From the IMG/VR virus record IMGVR_UViG_3300032893_000069, positions 1-50,097 of that record: a stretch of DNA of 50,097 nt; one strand, given 5' to 3'. The stretch is from a virus (Duplodnaviria; Caudoviricetes). Below are positions 28,105 through 37,294 of the stretch, piece by piece. Each line of letters begins with the position of its first letter. Positions within the stretch are counted from its first letter, which is position 1. A program made the position numbers and the translations under genes. The notes under the pieces are model-generated. The model did not search any database, had not been told where the DNA came from, and worked only from the letters and a program-made list of their open reading frames with translations.

Positions 28105-31026
28105 ATGAAGAAAATAACCCTGCTCGGTCTGCTCTTGTTCGTGGCGGCACTCCCCGCTTTCGGGCAGAGCACCACGGTCAGCGGAACAGTCCAAGACCTG
28201 GGAAGCCAAACATGGAATAACGGCAGTATCGAATTTGACTTCGTGCCAAACCCGCAGTACCCGAGTCTCCCGCAGTACACGTGGACCGGAGGGACGCTAA
28301 GCTATTCGGTCAAGGGAACGTTAGGAGGCTCTGGGACGTACAGCGTAAGCGTGCCAACAAACAGCGCCATCACGCCTGGTGGTTCGCAGTGGACGATTAA
28401 GGTGTGCTCGCTTGCCACATTCCCCTGCTATACCACTACGCCGGCGACGATCACGGGAGCCACGCAGACAATCAATGTGACTCCTCCGGCCATCAGCATT
28501 AATTTGGTGGCAAATCCCACGGCGAGTGCTTATGTGGACGGTGAGATTAGCGGCGCTATTCTTGGATCAACTTATTTCAATTTGACTAGTTCGTTGCAAC
28601 GGCTTTGCACGGCGCTGACTAGCGGTGCGTGCTCGACGTGGGCGAACAACGGAACAGGCGGCAGTACGGTGTATCCGTCTGGAACTGGCATTACGACTGT
28701 CACGGGCGGCTCTGCTTGGGGTACTACCCTAACAGGCGCGGCGGCTGGCGACCTGATCTACTATAACGGCTCTGCGTGGGCAAAGTTTGCGGGGAATAGC
28801 GGAGCAACGAACTGCTTGACTGAAAACACAAGCGGTGTGCCCTCATGGGCAACGTGCGGGAGTGGCGGGGGTGGCACTGTCACAAGTTTTGCGGCTCCAT
28901 CGGGGAGTTGGCCATCTTGGTTGGTCCCAACGGTCACAAACTCTACAACCACGCCATCACTGGCGGTGGCGGCGAGTTCGATTCCAAATAACGCACTGGC
29001 CTTCTCTTCCATCACTATTGCGGGAACGCCGATTTCACTTGGAGGTTCCACTTCATCTTTCCCAAGCCCCGGCGCTATCGGTGGAACAACGCCAGCGGCG
29101 GGCACGTTTACTACGCTGACGGCCAATACTAGTTTTACCCTTAACGGCGGGACTGCCCAGACAGGGACGCAAGGAACGGACACCAAACTTCTGACAGCCG
29201 GGACGGTGAGCGGGACGGCAGCAAACCTTTGCACTGATGCGAACGGCGGCGCGACGACATCAGGATGCACAAGTGGTGGCAACACAACGTCAACGTCATT
29301 GACCTCTGGCTACTATGCAAAGGCGAACGGCGCAAACTCCATCGTCAATGGAACGTGCGACAGCGGCATCTCCACGGCGAACACTTTCACGTGCTCGGAT
29401 ACAGCGGGCGCATCGTTCGCTGAGGTGACGGTGACAGGCGGCTCCAACGCTGGCGCGGACGTGTTTACGGCGGGCACGGCACAAGGGCACGCGACAGCAA
29501 GCACCGTGACGCTGGAAGCTCCTACTTCGGTGACAGCTTACGAAGTCCAACTGCCTACGGCGGCGGGAACGGGCCTCAACCTGTGGACAAACAGCGCGGG
29601 AGTGGTGGCGCAAAGCCTTCTGGCTTCCGCTGCGGCTGGCGACCTTGTGGTAGGCAACGGGACTACGTGGACAAAATTTGCAGGCAACGCATCAGGGACT
29701 AACTGCTTGCAGGAAAACTCATCCGGCGTGGCATCATGGGCTTCGTGCGGCAGCGGGTCTTTTGCTTTCCCTATCACCGTCTCAGGTACAACAACCTCAG
29801 GCGGCATTCCATATTTCAGCAACACGACAACGCTTACCTCGTCTGCTTTGCTGGCGACAAACCACGTCCTGCTTGGCGGCGGTGCGGGCGGAGCACCAAC
29901 CTCCGACTCCAACCTTGACGACGGCGCAACCACGGCTAACACGCTGACCTATGCAGGAAGCGCGGGAATTTCAGCCAAATCACTGACCACGACTGGTTCT
30001 TCGGCTGGAGCACTAGTCCTCACGCAAGGGACTGCAAACTCTGCTGGCACAACCAACATCACGATTCAGGCACCTACGTCTGTCACTTCGTATACGCTTG
30101 CCCTGCCTTCGGCGGCAGCGAGCGGCGTTCCTGTATGGTCAAACTCTTCGGGAACGGTGACGGAGAGCATCAGCACGGCACCTAGCTTCTCTGCGCTGAA
30201 CTGCGGCGTAGCATCCACAACGGCCTGCGTGATTACCGGGCAAGGCTCAACCAGTGGAACCGCAACCCTCACCTGGCCAGCAGTTGCGGGGACAGCCACT
30301 AACCCAATCGTCTCCAGCAATGTTATTCAAGTGCCGCAGAACGATGGAGTGCATTCCACGGCGGGATACAGTTTCTCCTCCTGTGGCGCAACCGTTTTCT
30401 GCGGAATGTGGGTTATCAACGGGTCAAGCCACTTGGTCCTGAGTGCTGGCGGTTCGGGAAATATCTACATGGAACCGAACGATGCAGCGACATTCACATT
30501 CACCACCGGAGGGGAGTTGCAGCCAGTAGCGGTGGGCACGCAGACGATTGGCGATGCGACAAACTACCTTTCAAAGGTCTACTCCAACAATTACTATGCC
30601 GGGACGGGAGCAACGGCAGGCATCACTGCCGCAGTGGTATGCAACAGCACGTTCGGCTCAACCAACGGACTCGTCACCACCTGCACAAACACTTCTGATC
30701 CTCGACTTAAAAACATCGAAGGAACTTTGAAATACGGCCTAAAAGAAGTCAATGCCGTCACGCCAATCACTTTCAAGTGGAACGACTTGGCCCACAACCT
30801 AATCTATGGCTTGCAAGATGATTCCCAAATTGGTTTCAACGCGGAAGAGTTGCAAAGCGTGATGCCGGAAATTGTGGGAACAGAAAATCACGATGGAGTG
30901 GATTACCGAACCATCAAATCTGACCGCGCTCTTATTGCTACGCTCTGGAACGCTGTGAAGCAGCAGCAGGCTCAGGTAGAAGAACTCAAGCGGCAAGTCG
31001 AAGAACTCAAAGCAAAGGTGCAATAG
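28105..31026 (+). CDS. tail fibre with signal peptide and C-terminal intramolecular chaperone (peptidase S74)
   Basis: MKKITLLGLLLFVAALPAFG|Q (ATG 28105, GAGG SD); SDPRLKNI...FKWN...GFNAEEL...LWNAVKQ plus coiled coil; internal repeats. Confidence 0.8.
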   Translation: MKKITLLGLLLFVAALPAFGQSTTVSGTVQDLGSQTWNNGSIEFDFVPNPQYPSLPQYTWTGGTLSYSVKGTLGGSGTYSVSVPTNSAITPGGSQWTIKVCSLATFPCYTTTPATITGATQTINVTPPAISINLVANPTASAYVDGEISGAILGSTYFNLTSSLQRLCTALTSGACSTWANNGTGGSTVYPSGTGITTVTGGSAWGTTLTGAAAGDLIYYNGSAWAKFAGNSGATNCLTENTSGVPSWATCGSGGGGTVTSFAAPSGSWPSWLVPTVTNSTTTPSLAVAASSIPNNALAFSSITIAGTPISLGGSTSSFPSPGAIGGTTPAAGTFTTLTANTSFTLNGGTAQTGTQGTDTKLLTAGTVSGTAANLCTDANGGATTSGCTSGGNTTSTSLTSGYYAKANGANSIVNGTCDSGISTANTFTCSDTAGASFAEVTVTGGSNAGADVFTAGTAQGHATASTVTLEAPTSVTAYEVQLPTAAGTGLNLWTNSAGVVAQSLLASAAAGDLVVGNGTTWTKFAGNASGTNCLQENSSGVASWASCGSGSFAFPITVSGTTTSGGIPYFSNTTTLTSSALLATNHVLLGGGAGGAPTSDSNLDDGATTANTLTYAGSAGISAKSLTTTGSSAGALVLTQGTANSAGTTNITIQAPTSVTSYTLALPSAAASGVPVWSNSSGTVTESISTAPSFSALNCGVASTTACVITGQGSTSGTATLTWPAVAGTATNPIVSSNVIQVPQNDGVHSTAGYSFSSCGATVFCGMWVINGSSHLVLSAGGSGNIYMEPNDAATFTFTTGGELQPVAVGTQTIGDATNYLSKVYSNNYYAGTGATAGITAAVVCNSTFGSTNGLVTTCTNTSDPRLKNIEGTLKYGLKEVNAVTPITFKWNDLAHNLIYGLQDDSQIGFNAEELQSVMPEIVGTENHDGVDYRTIKSDRALIATLWNAVKQQQAQVEELKRQVEELKAKVQ

Positions 31027-31027
31027 C

Positions 31028-31663
31028 ATGAAACTTGTGAACTGGAACCGTACAATTTCCGTATGGCTGGCGAGTGCGATCCTTGTTCTCGCGCCGCTTT
31101 CTGGATATGCGCAAAACCCCGTAGTAGTTGGGGGAAAGGCAATACTAGGCGGAAAGGCTTCTGTTGGTGGTGGGAGCGGAGTAACCACCGTTACCTGTGG
31201 CTTGACTACGGCAGGATCAAATACTGACGGTGGGAACGCGGACATTCCTTTTGCTACTCCTTGCGTGACTGGCTCCGATCCTTCCGGTTACACCGTGCAG
31301 TCCTGTTCCTACTATGCGGTCGCAACTTCAAACGCGGGAAGATGCGGCGTATATACCGATAGCAGCGGGAATCCCAATACACTACTCTGCCAATCAGCTA
31401 CTATCAGCTCGCCTTCGGTTGGCTTTAATGTGCTTTCGTTAAGCGGATGTGGCACGTTGACTAATGGGATAACTTACTGGATAGGGTTCATCACTAGCGA
31501 TAGCGCGAACGCGGAAAAGTACAACACAGGAAGCTGCCCCGGATACGGTGGCGGCTCAAAGTACGGTACAACTCAAGGAAGCGCCACGCTGCCTGCATCA
31601 TTTGGATCAAATACGAACATTGGGAATTGCTATTCAGCCTACATGACGCTGGTGCCAAATTGA
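31028..31663 (+). CDS. secreted beta-sandwich fibre-associated protein
   Basis: Signal peptide ...VLAPLSGYA|Q; GVYTDSSGNPNTLL...LTNGITYWIG. Confidence 0.6.
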   Translation: MKLVNWNRTISVWLASAILVLAPLSGYAQNPVVVGGKAILGGKASVGGGSGVTTVTCGLTTAGSNTDGGNADIPFATPCVTGSDPSGYTVQSCSYYAVATSNAGRCGVYTDSSGNPNTLLCQSATISSPSVGFNVLSLSGCGTLTNGITYWIGFITSDSANAEKYNTGSCPGYGGGSKYGTTQGSATLPASFGSNTNIGNCYSAYMTLVPN

Positions 31664-34620
31664 GAAAATTGCTTCTGCTTCTGCTGCTCGTAGCTCCCAC
31701 CTGCTACGGCCAGAGTTGCACGCTCGGACTGACGAGCACGCTTCAGACCAATCAGCTTTGTCCCTCACGTGACCCTGTGGATTATTCGCAGTACGGACTT
31801 CCCGCGTCGTATCCGAATGGGGAAACGCCAGTGGACCGCTACACGCCTCCGGTCCGCACGCAATGCGGGTCTACGCTCCCGGCATCAAGCTCGGTGGCAA
31901 CGGTGCAAACTGCCATCAATAATTGTAGTAGCGGCGGTGGCAAAGGCTACGTGCTCATCGGGCCGGGGACATTCACCGTAAACTCCAACCTATCGTTCAA
32001 TCCCTTTGGGACGGGCAATAACTATGTGGAATTGCGCGGCAGCGGCCCGATGCAGGCCACGATGCAGATGATAGGCGACGGTCAGATTACGTTTGGCGCT
32101 ATCAACAACATCGTCAGCCAGGCAATTACTTCGACTCCGGCGCAGGGTTCTACCACAGTCACAATCGCCACCAATGGAAGTCCAGGAATCAGCGTAGGGA
32201 TGATTGCAGAAATCAGCCAGTGCGCGAATGGCGTAAGTGGGAGCGGTTGCACGACTGGCGTCCCTTACGACAACGGCGGGGACTTCAACTGCGGTGAGAA
32301 TGTGATCTGCCAGATTTATCCCGGTGAGGGCTTGAGCAGTGGGGCTGGAGGTATTCTTCAAGTTGTGCGTGTCACAAATGTCAGCCCATCGAACTGCACG
32401 ACAAACTGCGTTATTACCTTCACGCCTCCATTGGTGGATTCTGCCTGGTCAACCGCGAATAGCCCTCAAATCACATGGTACGCCCCTTCGACACTCGGCC
32501 ACGCGATGTATGGCGACGGTATCACCGGCTTCACGCTGGATTTCAGCCAGTCCACGCTCTCTCCCGCTGGACATCAACTGGAATTTCAGAACTGCTACGG
32601 CTGTTATATCTATGGCAATCGCATCATTGGCAACAACGTGGTCAGCGGAAGCTCCACAGTCACGCAGAACATCTACGCCAACGTGCTGATGAACTCCATC
32701 ATTGGCAACAACTATATTGTTCCCGACTGGCCCCCGGCAAACGTCAACCACGAATCGGTTATTTCCGAGATTCAGCAGCACGCTGGCCTGAGCATGGACT
32801 TCAACAACATCATGGAAGGTCACATCCAGTGGGAAGGCTTTGGCCACATGACCGGGCACGTCATCGCCTACAACTATTTCAGCCACACGCACACGGCCTA
32901 CTACGAAGGCTCATTCAATCACGTAGTCGGCGGGCGCTATTTGCTCTATGAGGGCAATCAGGGGATTCGCTTTGATGAGGATGGGGCGCACGCCATCCAT
33001 ACCATGAACCTGTGGTTTCGCAACTATCAGGTTGGTTACGACCCGCCGTATGTCTCGACTGGGCCGGGATGTTTCGACCTCGCTTCTGGACGTGTCGAGA
33101 ACCTCATCGGCAACGTCTGCGGGAATCCGACAACGAGTTCCAGCACGAAAATCAGCACCTACCGCACGGATACTTCTACGGGCTGCTCACCCAACACTAA
33201 CTACGTCTACTTGCTTGGCTGCGTCAATCAGACAGGCGGCGAAATCGCTCCAGTGGACACGCTGGCCACTCCTACCAGCATGTTCTGGGGCAACGTAACG
33301 AACATCACGCAGGGAAGCGATACGCCAGCAAACTCCGGTATCCGCTTCGTGAGTTCGGAGGTTCCCTCGACACTGCCAGCCTATGCTGGGACGCAGACGC
33401 AAATCGGCACGGGTAATGGAAGCACCACATCATTCAGTGGCACGGTTGCCAGTGGTGGACTCCCCTGCATCTACGGCAATGAAACAGTAGTAGCTGAACC
33501 AACACAGGCCGTAAATGACCCTGGACTAAATGGCAGCCTGAGCGGAACAGGAAGCAGTAGCGGGTCCATTAATTGCACAACAGGAGCAGTGAGCGTTACG
33601 TTCCAGAGCGCCCCAGCGAACGGCACGGCCATTATGGTCAACACCGTCAAAAACGTTGGCGGCAGCAGCTTCTTTCAGAATCCCGTGCCCAGCAGCCAAA
33701 CATTGCCGAAGTCATACTTCCACAATTCAGGCACACCGCCGCCATTCTGGAAAGTATGTACGTCCTTTAGCACGTTCCCGACTTGCACAGGAACAACCAC
33801 GCAACCGTGGCCCTACGCTGGCCCCGATGTTACTGGTGGACCTTACGTGAATGGCCACGCTTACGACAACCCTGCTCGCGTCGCTTATGCCAATCTTCCC
33901 GTGGATACAAACTATCAGTTCACCTATTCCATCTCTGGCTCAAGCTGGGCTGGTGGGGTTGAAACCATCACCATTAGCGGCCTCCCGACAAACAACTACT
34001 TCGAGGGCGGTTTCCGGTTTAGCGGCGCAAACTCCGCGTGCATCCCCACTAGTGGCGTGTCATACACGGGCAGGTCCGACAACGAAATCCTGATGACGAC
34101 CTCCAACGCCTCATCTGGACAGTTCACTTATTCACTGCCCATCAATCCCGGCGTAAGTTGCACAGGTTCGGTGCTGTATCCTGATGTTCGGCAGTTTGAT
34201 GCATCCATCTATAGTGCCAGCACTGGCGGCTCTGTCACGCTAATTCCCTATTCGTACAATTTCGGCTCCGTGAACGTAGGCGGCAACTCCGGCCCCACAA
34301 CTTTCACGCTGACGAACAACTCCTCCGCGTCGGCGACGAGCCTTTCGGCGACGATCACGGGGACCAACTCGGGAGACTTCTCGATCAGTTCCAATACCTG
34401 CACGGGCACACTGGCGAATGGTGGGGCGACTTGTACGCTGAATGTGACGTTTACGCCAGGCGCGGCGGGATCACGATCGGCGAGTCTCAGCATTTCCTAT
34501 TCGGGTGGCGACGGAGCATCGCCGCAGACCTCGACGCTTTCCGGTACGGGAGTAGGTGTTAGCATTTCTCACAAAGTTCTTGGTACAGTTCAAGTGGAAG
34601 GGACGGTGGTTGTCGAATGA
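31660..34620 (+). CDS. secreted beta-helix protein with C-terminal ASH/choice-of-anchor D-like Ig domain
   Basis: TTG start overlapping the upstream stop, MRKLLLLLLLVAPTCYG|Q; VQTAINNC...GPGTF; NFGSVNVG...FTLTN...CTLNVTFTP...LSGTG. Confidence 0.7.
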   Translation: MRKLLLLLLLVAPTCYGQSCTLGLTSTLQTNQLCPSRDPVDYSQYGLPASYPNGETPVDRYTPPVRTQCGSTLPASSSVATVQTAINNCSSGGGKGYVLIGPGTFTVNSNLSFNPFGTGNNYVELRGSGPMQATMQMIGDGQITFGAINNIVSQAITSTPAQGSTTVTIATNGSPGISVGMIAEISQCANGVSGSGCTTGVPYDNGGDFNCGENVICQIYPGEGLSSGAGGILQVVRVTNVSPSNCTTNCVITFTPPLVDSAWSTANSPQITWYAPSTLGHAMYGDGITGFTLDFSQSTLSPAGHQLEFQNCYGCYIYGNRIIGNNVVSGSSTVTQNIYANVLMNSIIGNNYIVPDWPPANVNHESVISEIQQHAGLSMDFNNIMEGHIQWEGFGHMTGHVIAYNYFSHTHTAYYEGSFNHVVGGRYLLYEGNQGIRFDEDGAHAIHTMNLWFRNYQVGYDPPYVSTGPGCFDLASGRVENLIGNVCGNPTTSSSTKISTYRTDTSTGCSPNTNYVYLLGCVNQTGGEIAPVDTLATPTSMFWGNVTNITQGSDTPANSGIRFVSSEVPSTLPAYAGTQTQIGTGNGSTTSFSGTVASGGLPCIYGNETVVAEPTQAVNDPGLNGSLSGTGSSSGSINCTTGAVSVTFQSAPANGTAIMVNTVKNVGGSSFFQNPVPSSQTLPKSYFHNSGTPPPFWKVCTSFSTFPTCTGTTTQPWPYAGPDVTGGPYVNGHAYDNPARVAYANLPVDTNYQFTYSISGSSWAGGVETITISGLPTNNYFEGGFRFSGANSACIPTSGVSYTGRSDNEILMTTSNASSGQFTYSLPINPGVSCTGSVLYPDVRQFDASIYSASTGGSVTLIPYSYNFGSVNVGGNSGPTTFTLTNNSSASATSLSATITGTNSGDFSISSNTCTGTLANGGATCTLNVTFTPGAAGSRSASLSISYSGGDGASPQTSTLSGTGVGVSISHKVLGTVQVEGTVVVE

Positions 34621-34967
34621 AGAAAGCGATATTTTTGATTGCAGCAATTCTCGCCGGGGTGTTCATCGGCAGGGCGCAGACTACGACTTCTAGCCCTTCG
34701 CAGATTTCAGGGGCCGTAAATCCTGGGCCGCACACATCCTGCACGGTCACAGCAAATACCACGCAAATCTGCTTTGCCTCGGATGGCCTATGGTTTTCAG
34801 CGAACGGATCGGCCTACGTGCAGGTAGCAAGTGTTGGGGGAACTACCGGCATCCAGTCCATCAGCGTGAACGGTGGGACGCCTTGCACGGGACCGGCCTG
34901 CTCCATCACGGTTCCAACGAAAGCGATTTCGAGCACGACAGCAACAACGACTACGACAATCCAATGA
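34617..34967 (+). CDS. small secreted fibre-associated protein
   Basis: MKKAIFLIAAILAGVFIGRA|Q; Thr-rich with paired Cys. Confidence 0.6.
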   Translation: MKKAIFLIAAILAGVFIGRAQTTTSSPSQISGAVNPGPHTSCTVTANTTQICFASDGLWFSANGSAYVQVASVGGTTGIQSISVNGGTPCTGPACSITVPTKAISSTTATTTTTIQ

Positions 34968-34980
34968 GGGAGGAAAAGGC

Positions 34981-35163
34981 ATGAAGTTCAACTGGCATGT
35001 TGTAGGGCAAGTGCTTTTGACGTTGGGGCAGGTACTCAACTGGGCGTCCGGCACAGTCCCACCCAAGTATCAGCCGTGGGTGATGTGCGGGCTGAGCGTC
35101 GTGCAGGCTCTCTTGGGACTCTATAACCACTTCTTCACCCCGGCAGGTCAACGTATCCCATGA
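34981..35163 (+). CDS. holin-like membrane protein (putative)
   Basis: 60 aa with two hydrophobic helices; GAGGGAGG SD. Confidence 0.5.
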   Translation: MKFNWHVVGQVLLTLGQVLNWASGTVPPKYQPWVMCGLSVVQALLGLYNHFFTPAGQRIP

Positions 35164-35402
35164 TGCAGATTCCTTCACTGGATACGGTAATTGTCTCAGC
35201 GGCCACGATAGCAGCGGTCCTTGTGGCCAACTGGCTCCAAGCGGCTGCGCACAAGAAGGAAGCTAAAGCACTATGGGAGCGCCTGATTTACACGCTGGAG
35301 GAGCATCCGCTTCACAGCCATGACGAGGAAAAGGGTTCAGGTGAGCCGCTGACTGAATCCAAACTGCGCTATCCCAAAACGATGTTCACCAATTTCAAGT
35401 AG
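35160..35402 (+). CDS. single-TM membrane protein
   Basis: N-terminal hydrophobic helix and charged tail; last gene of the + strand operon. Confidence 0.5.
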   Translation: MMQIPSLDTVIVSAATIAAVLVANWLQAAAHKKEAKALWERLIYTLEEHPLHSHDEEKGSGEPLTESKLRYPKTMFTNFK

Positions 35403-35443
35403 GTCTACAGGTCGCCCGTATCAAGGTCCGAGGTAATTATCCC

Positions 35444-35473
35444 TTGACAACAAGTAAGCTCCTTTGGTACTCT
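35444..35473 (+). promoter_or_regulatory. transposase promoter overlapping the left inverted repeat
   Basis: TTGACA-18 nt-TACTCT with extended -10 TG. Confidence 0.55.
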
Positions 35474-35490
35474 CTGGATGTGAGGCTGAT

Positions 35491-36399
35491 ATGCGAGTTC
35501 CGCAACACATCCCAAAGCACCTGCGTTACACAATGGCCGACTTCAATGAAGAGTTTCCGAACGATGAAGCCTGCCTTGAATACATCAAAGAGCAGCGCTG
35601 GCCCGATGGCGTCACCAAGTGCGAGAAGTGCCGCAAAGAACGCAAGCACTACCGCGTGAGTGGCCGCACCGCTTATGCCTGTGACCATTGCGGTAATCAT
35701 ATCTACCCGTTGGCCGGGACCATCTTTGAAAAGACCACAACTCCGCTCAAGACTTGGTTCTATGCAATGTACTTGATGGGTTCCACTCGTTGTGGCATCT
35801 CCGCAAAACAAATTCAGCGGGAAACTGGCGTCACCTACAAAACCGCTTGGCGCATTTTCCGGCAGGTCCGTACTCTTCTTTCCGATGGAGACCTGCAACT
35901 GGAGGGGCCGACGGTTGAGGTAGACGAAACTTACTACGGTGGCGTTCGCAAGTATGGAACTGGCCGACCGATGCGCGGCGACCGCAAAAAGACTCCGATC
36001 GTCGCCGTCGTACAGCGCCGGGGAATGGCGGTTGCGAAAGTGATTGCAGCCGTCACCGCCGAGAACCTTGTTGGGACTATTGACAAGCATGTTGTTCCCG
36101 GCAGCACTGTCTACACTGACGAATTGAACTCTTACAACACAGTGGGCCATGACAAGCGGTATCGGCATCGGACAATTAATCACCGCTCCCGCGTTTACGT
36201 TCGCGGCGACATTCACACCAATAGCGTCGAGGGATTTTTCAGCTTGCTCAAGCGGGGAATCGGCGGAGTCTACCACTCCGTAGGCCAGAAATACTTGCAG
36301 AGCTACGTGGATGAGTTCTGCTTCCGCTATAACCGGAGATACAAAGGCAATCAGCAGTTCAAGGCTATTTTGGAGAGGGCTTCGAAGAGGGCGTCTTGA
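35491..36399 (+). CDS. tnp: IS1595-family DDE transposase
   Basis: Zinc ribbon CEKC..CDHC, GTIFEKT, VEVDETYYGG, VYTDE, HTNSVEGFFSLLKRG, EFCFRYN. Confidence 0.92.
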   Translation: MRVPQHIPKHLRYTMADFNEEFPNDEACLEYIKEQRWPDGVTKCEKCRKERKHYRVSGRTAYACDHCGNHIYPLAGTIFEKTTTPLKTWFYAMYLMGSTRCGISAKQIQRETGVTYKTAWRIFRQVRTLLSDGDLQLEGPTVEVDETYYGGVRKYGTGRPMRGDRKKTPIVAVVQRRGMAVAKVIAAVTAENLVGTIDKHVVPGSTVYTDELNSYNTVGHDKRYRHRTINHRSRVYVRGDIHTNSVEGFFSLLKRGIGGVYHSVGQKYLQSYVDEFCFRYNRRYKGNQQFKAILERASKRAS

Positions 36400-36499
36400 T
36401 AGCCTTGTTGAGCAGGGCGTGGAATGCGCTCTGCGTGTAGGGCCGCATTTTCTTGCGGCTCTCATTGCGTGGTTTTGCCTTCCTGGTTTGAGACGTCAT
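36365..36499 (-). CDS. 44-aa basic peptide convergent with the transposase
   Basis: Hand translation MTSQTRKAKPRNESRKKMRPYTQSAFHALLNKAIKTPSSKPSPK. Confidence 0.4.
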   Translation of the reverse strand: MTSQTRKAKPRNESRKKMRPYTQSAFHALLNKAIKTPSSKPSPK

Positions 36500-37271
36500 T
36501 GCTTGATTCTACCCCCTCTGGCTCAATCTTTGAGAACAGAATATGTGGTTCTATCTGCTTGTAAAAATGTTCCGAATCATCCCATTTCTGTAAATGCCGA
36601 GAAATGAAGTAAGCGCATAGGTCAGCTAATTGTAAGCCGATGGAATCCCTGGAACTTCCGAAGTACATATCATCATGTAGATGCCATGCGACATTGGAAA
36701 AGTCAGGATTCTGCAAATCCACCTTATGTGGGCGAAGTTGGACGCGAAATTCACGAAATGATTTTCTGGACTGATTTCTTTTTCCCTTATCCTCGCAATC
36801 ATCCATGACAACCAGCGTAGATCGTTCGGTGTAAGAATTAACCTCAAAGCCGCTTAATAATTTAGGCGTATTTACCCATGCCTTGACCCCCTGCAAACAA
36901 TTTCTAAAACAAATGTCTTCCTTGCTCGCCGAACCGTGCGAAAAATATTTGGCGTCCCACTCTTTCTTACTCACGGCACCATAGAAAACCGGAATCTTCA
37001 AAGCGCTAAGCTGGTTCAATAATATTTTGATAACTCCATGCCTCCTAAATTCCTCGACTCCTTCAAATGCTCCATGACAGCCGAACAAATCTGACGCTTT
37101 AAATTCAACAAAATCCTCCCATTTTTCAGGTGGCAATAAGTATTGAATAGATGCGCCAATCACAGTTTCCAATTTAGAAAGAATCAAGTCAGAAATAAGA
37201 ACGCCAGCCAGAACCACGAAGTTACTACCCCTTCGCTGGGTCTCGGAATCGTCAATATAGGCCAGATACAC
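36462..37271 (-). CDS. DUF3800-family protein (IS passenger)
   Basis: YIDDS at the N-terminus, VEFKASDL, S..SIGLQLADLCAY; AT-richer than flanks; GTG start with GGGAGG SD. Confidence 0.8.
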   Translation of the reverse strand: MYLAYIDDSETQRRGSNFVVLAGVLISDLILSKLETVIGASIQYLLPPEKWEDFVEFKASDLFGCHGAFEGVEEFRRHGVIKILLNQLSALKIPVFYGAVSKKEWDAKYFSHGSASKEDICFRNCLQGVKAWVNTPKLLSGFEVNSYTERSTLVVMDDCEDKGKRNQSRKSFREFRVQLRPHKVDLQNPDFSNVAWHLHDDMYFGSSRDSIGLQLADLCAYFISRHLQKWDDSEHFYKQIEPHILFSKIEPEGVESSNDVSNQEGKTTQ

Positions 37272-37294
37272 AAAGAGGTCCTCCCTAGAAGGCA

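Noticed and set aside
35437-36465. 342-aa minus-strand ORF
   Set aside because: Antisense shadow of the IS1595 transposase, which has all the expected motifs
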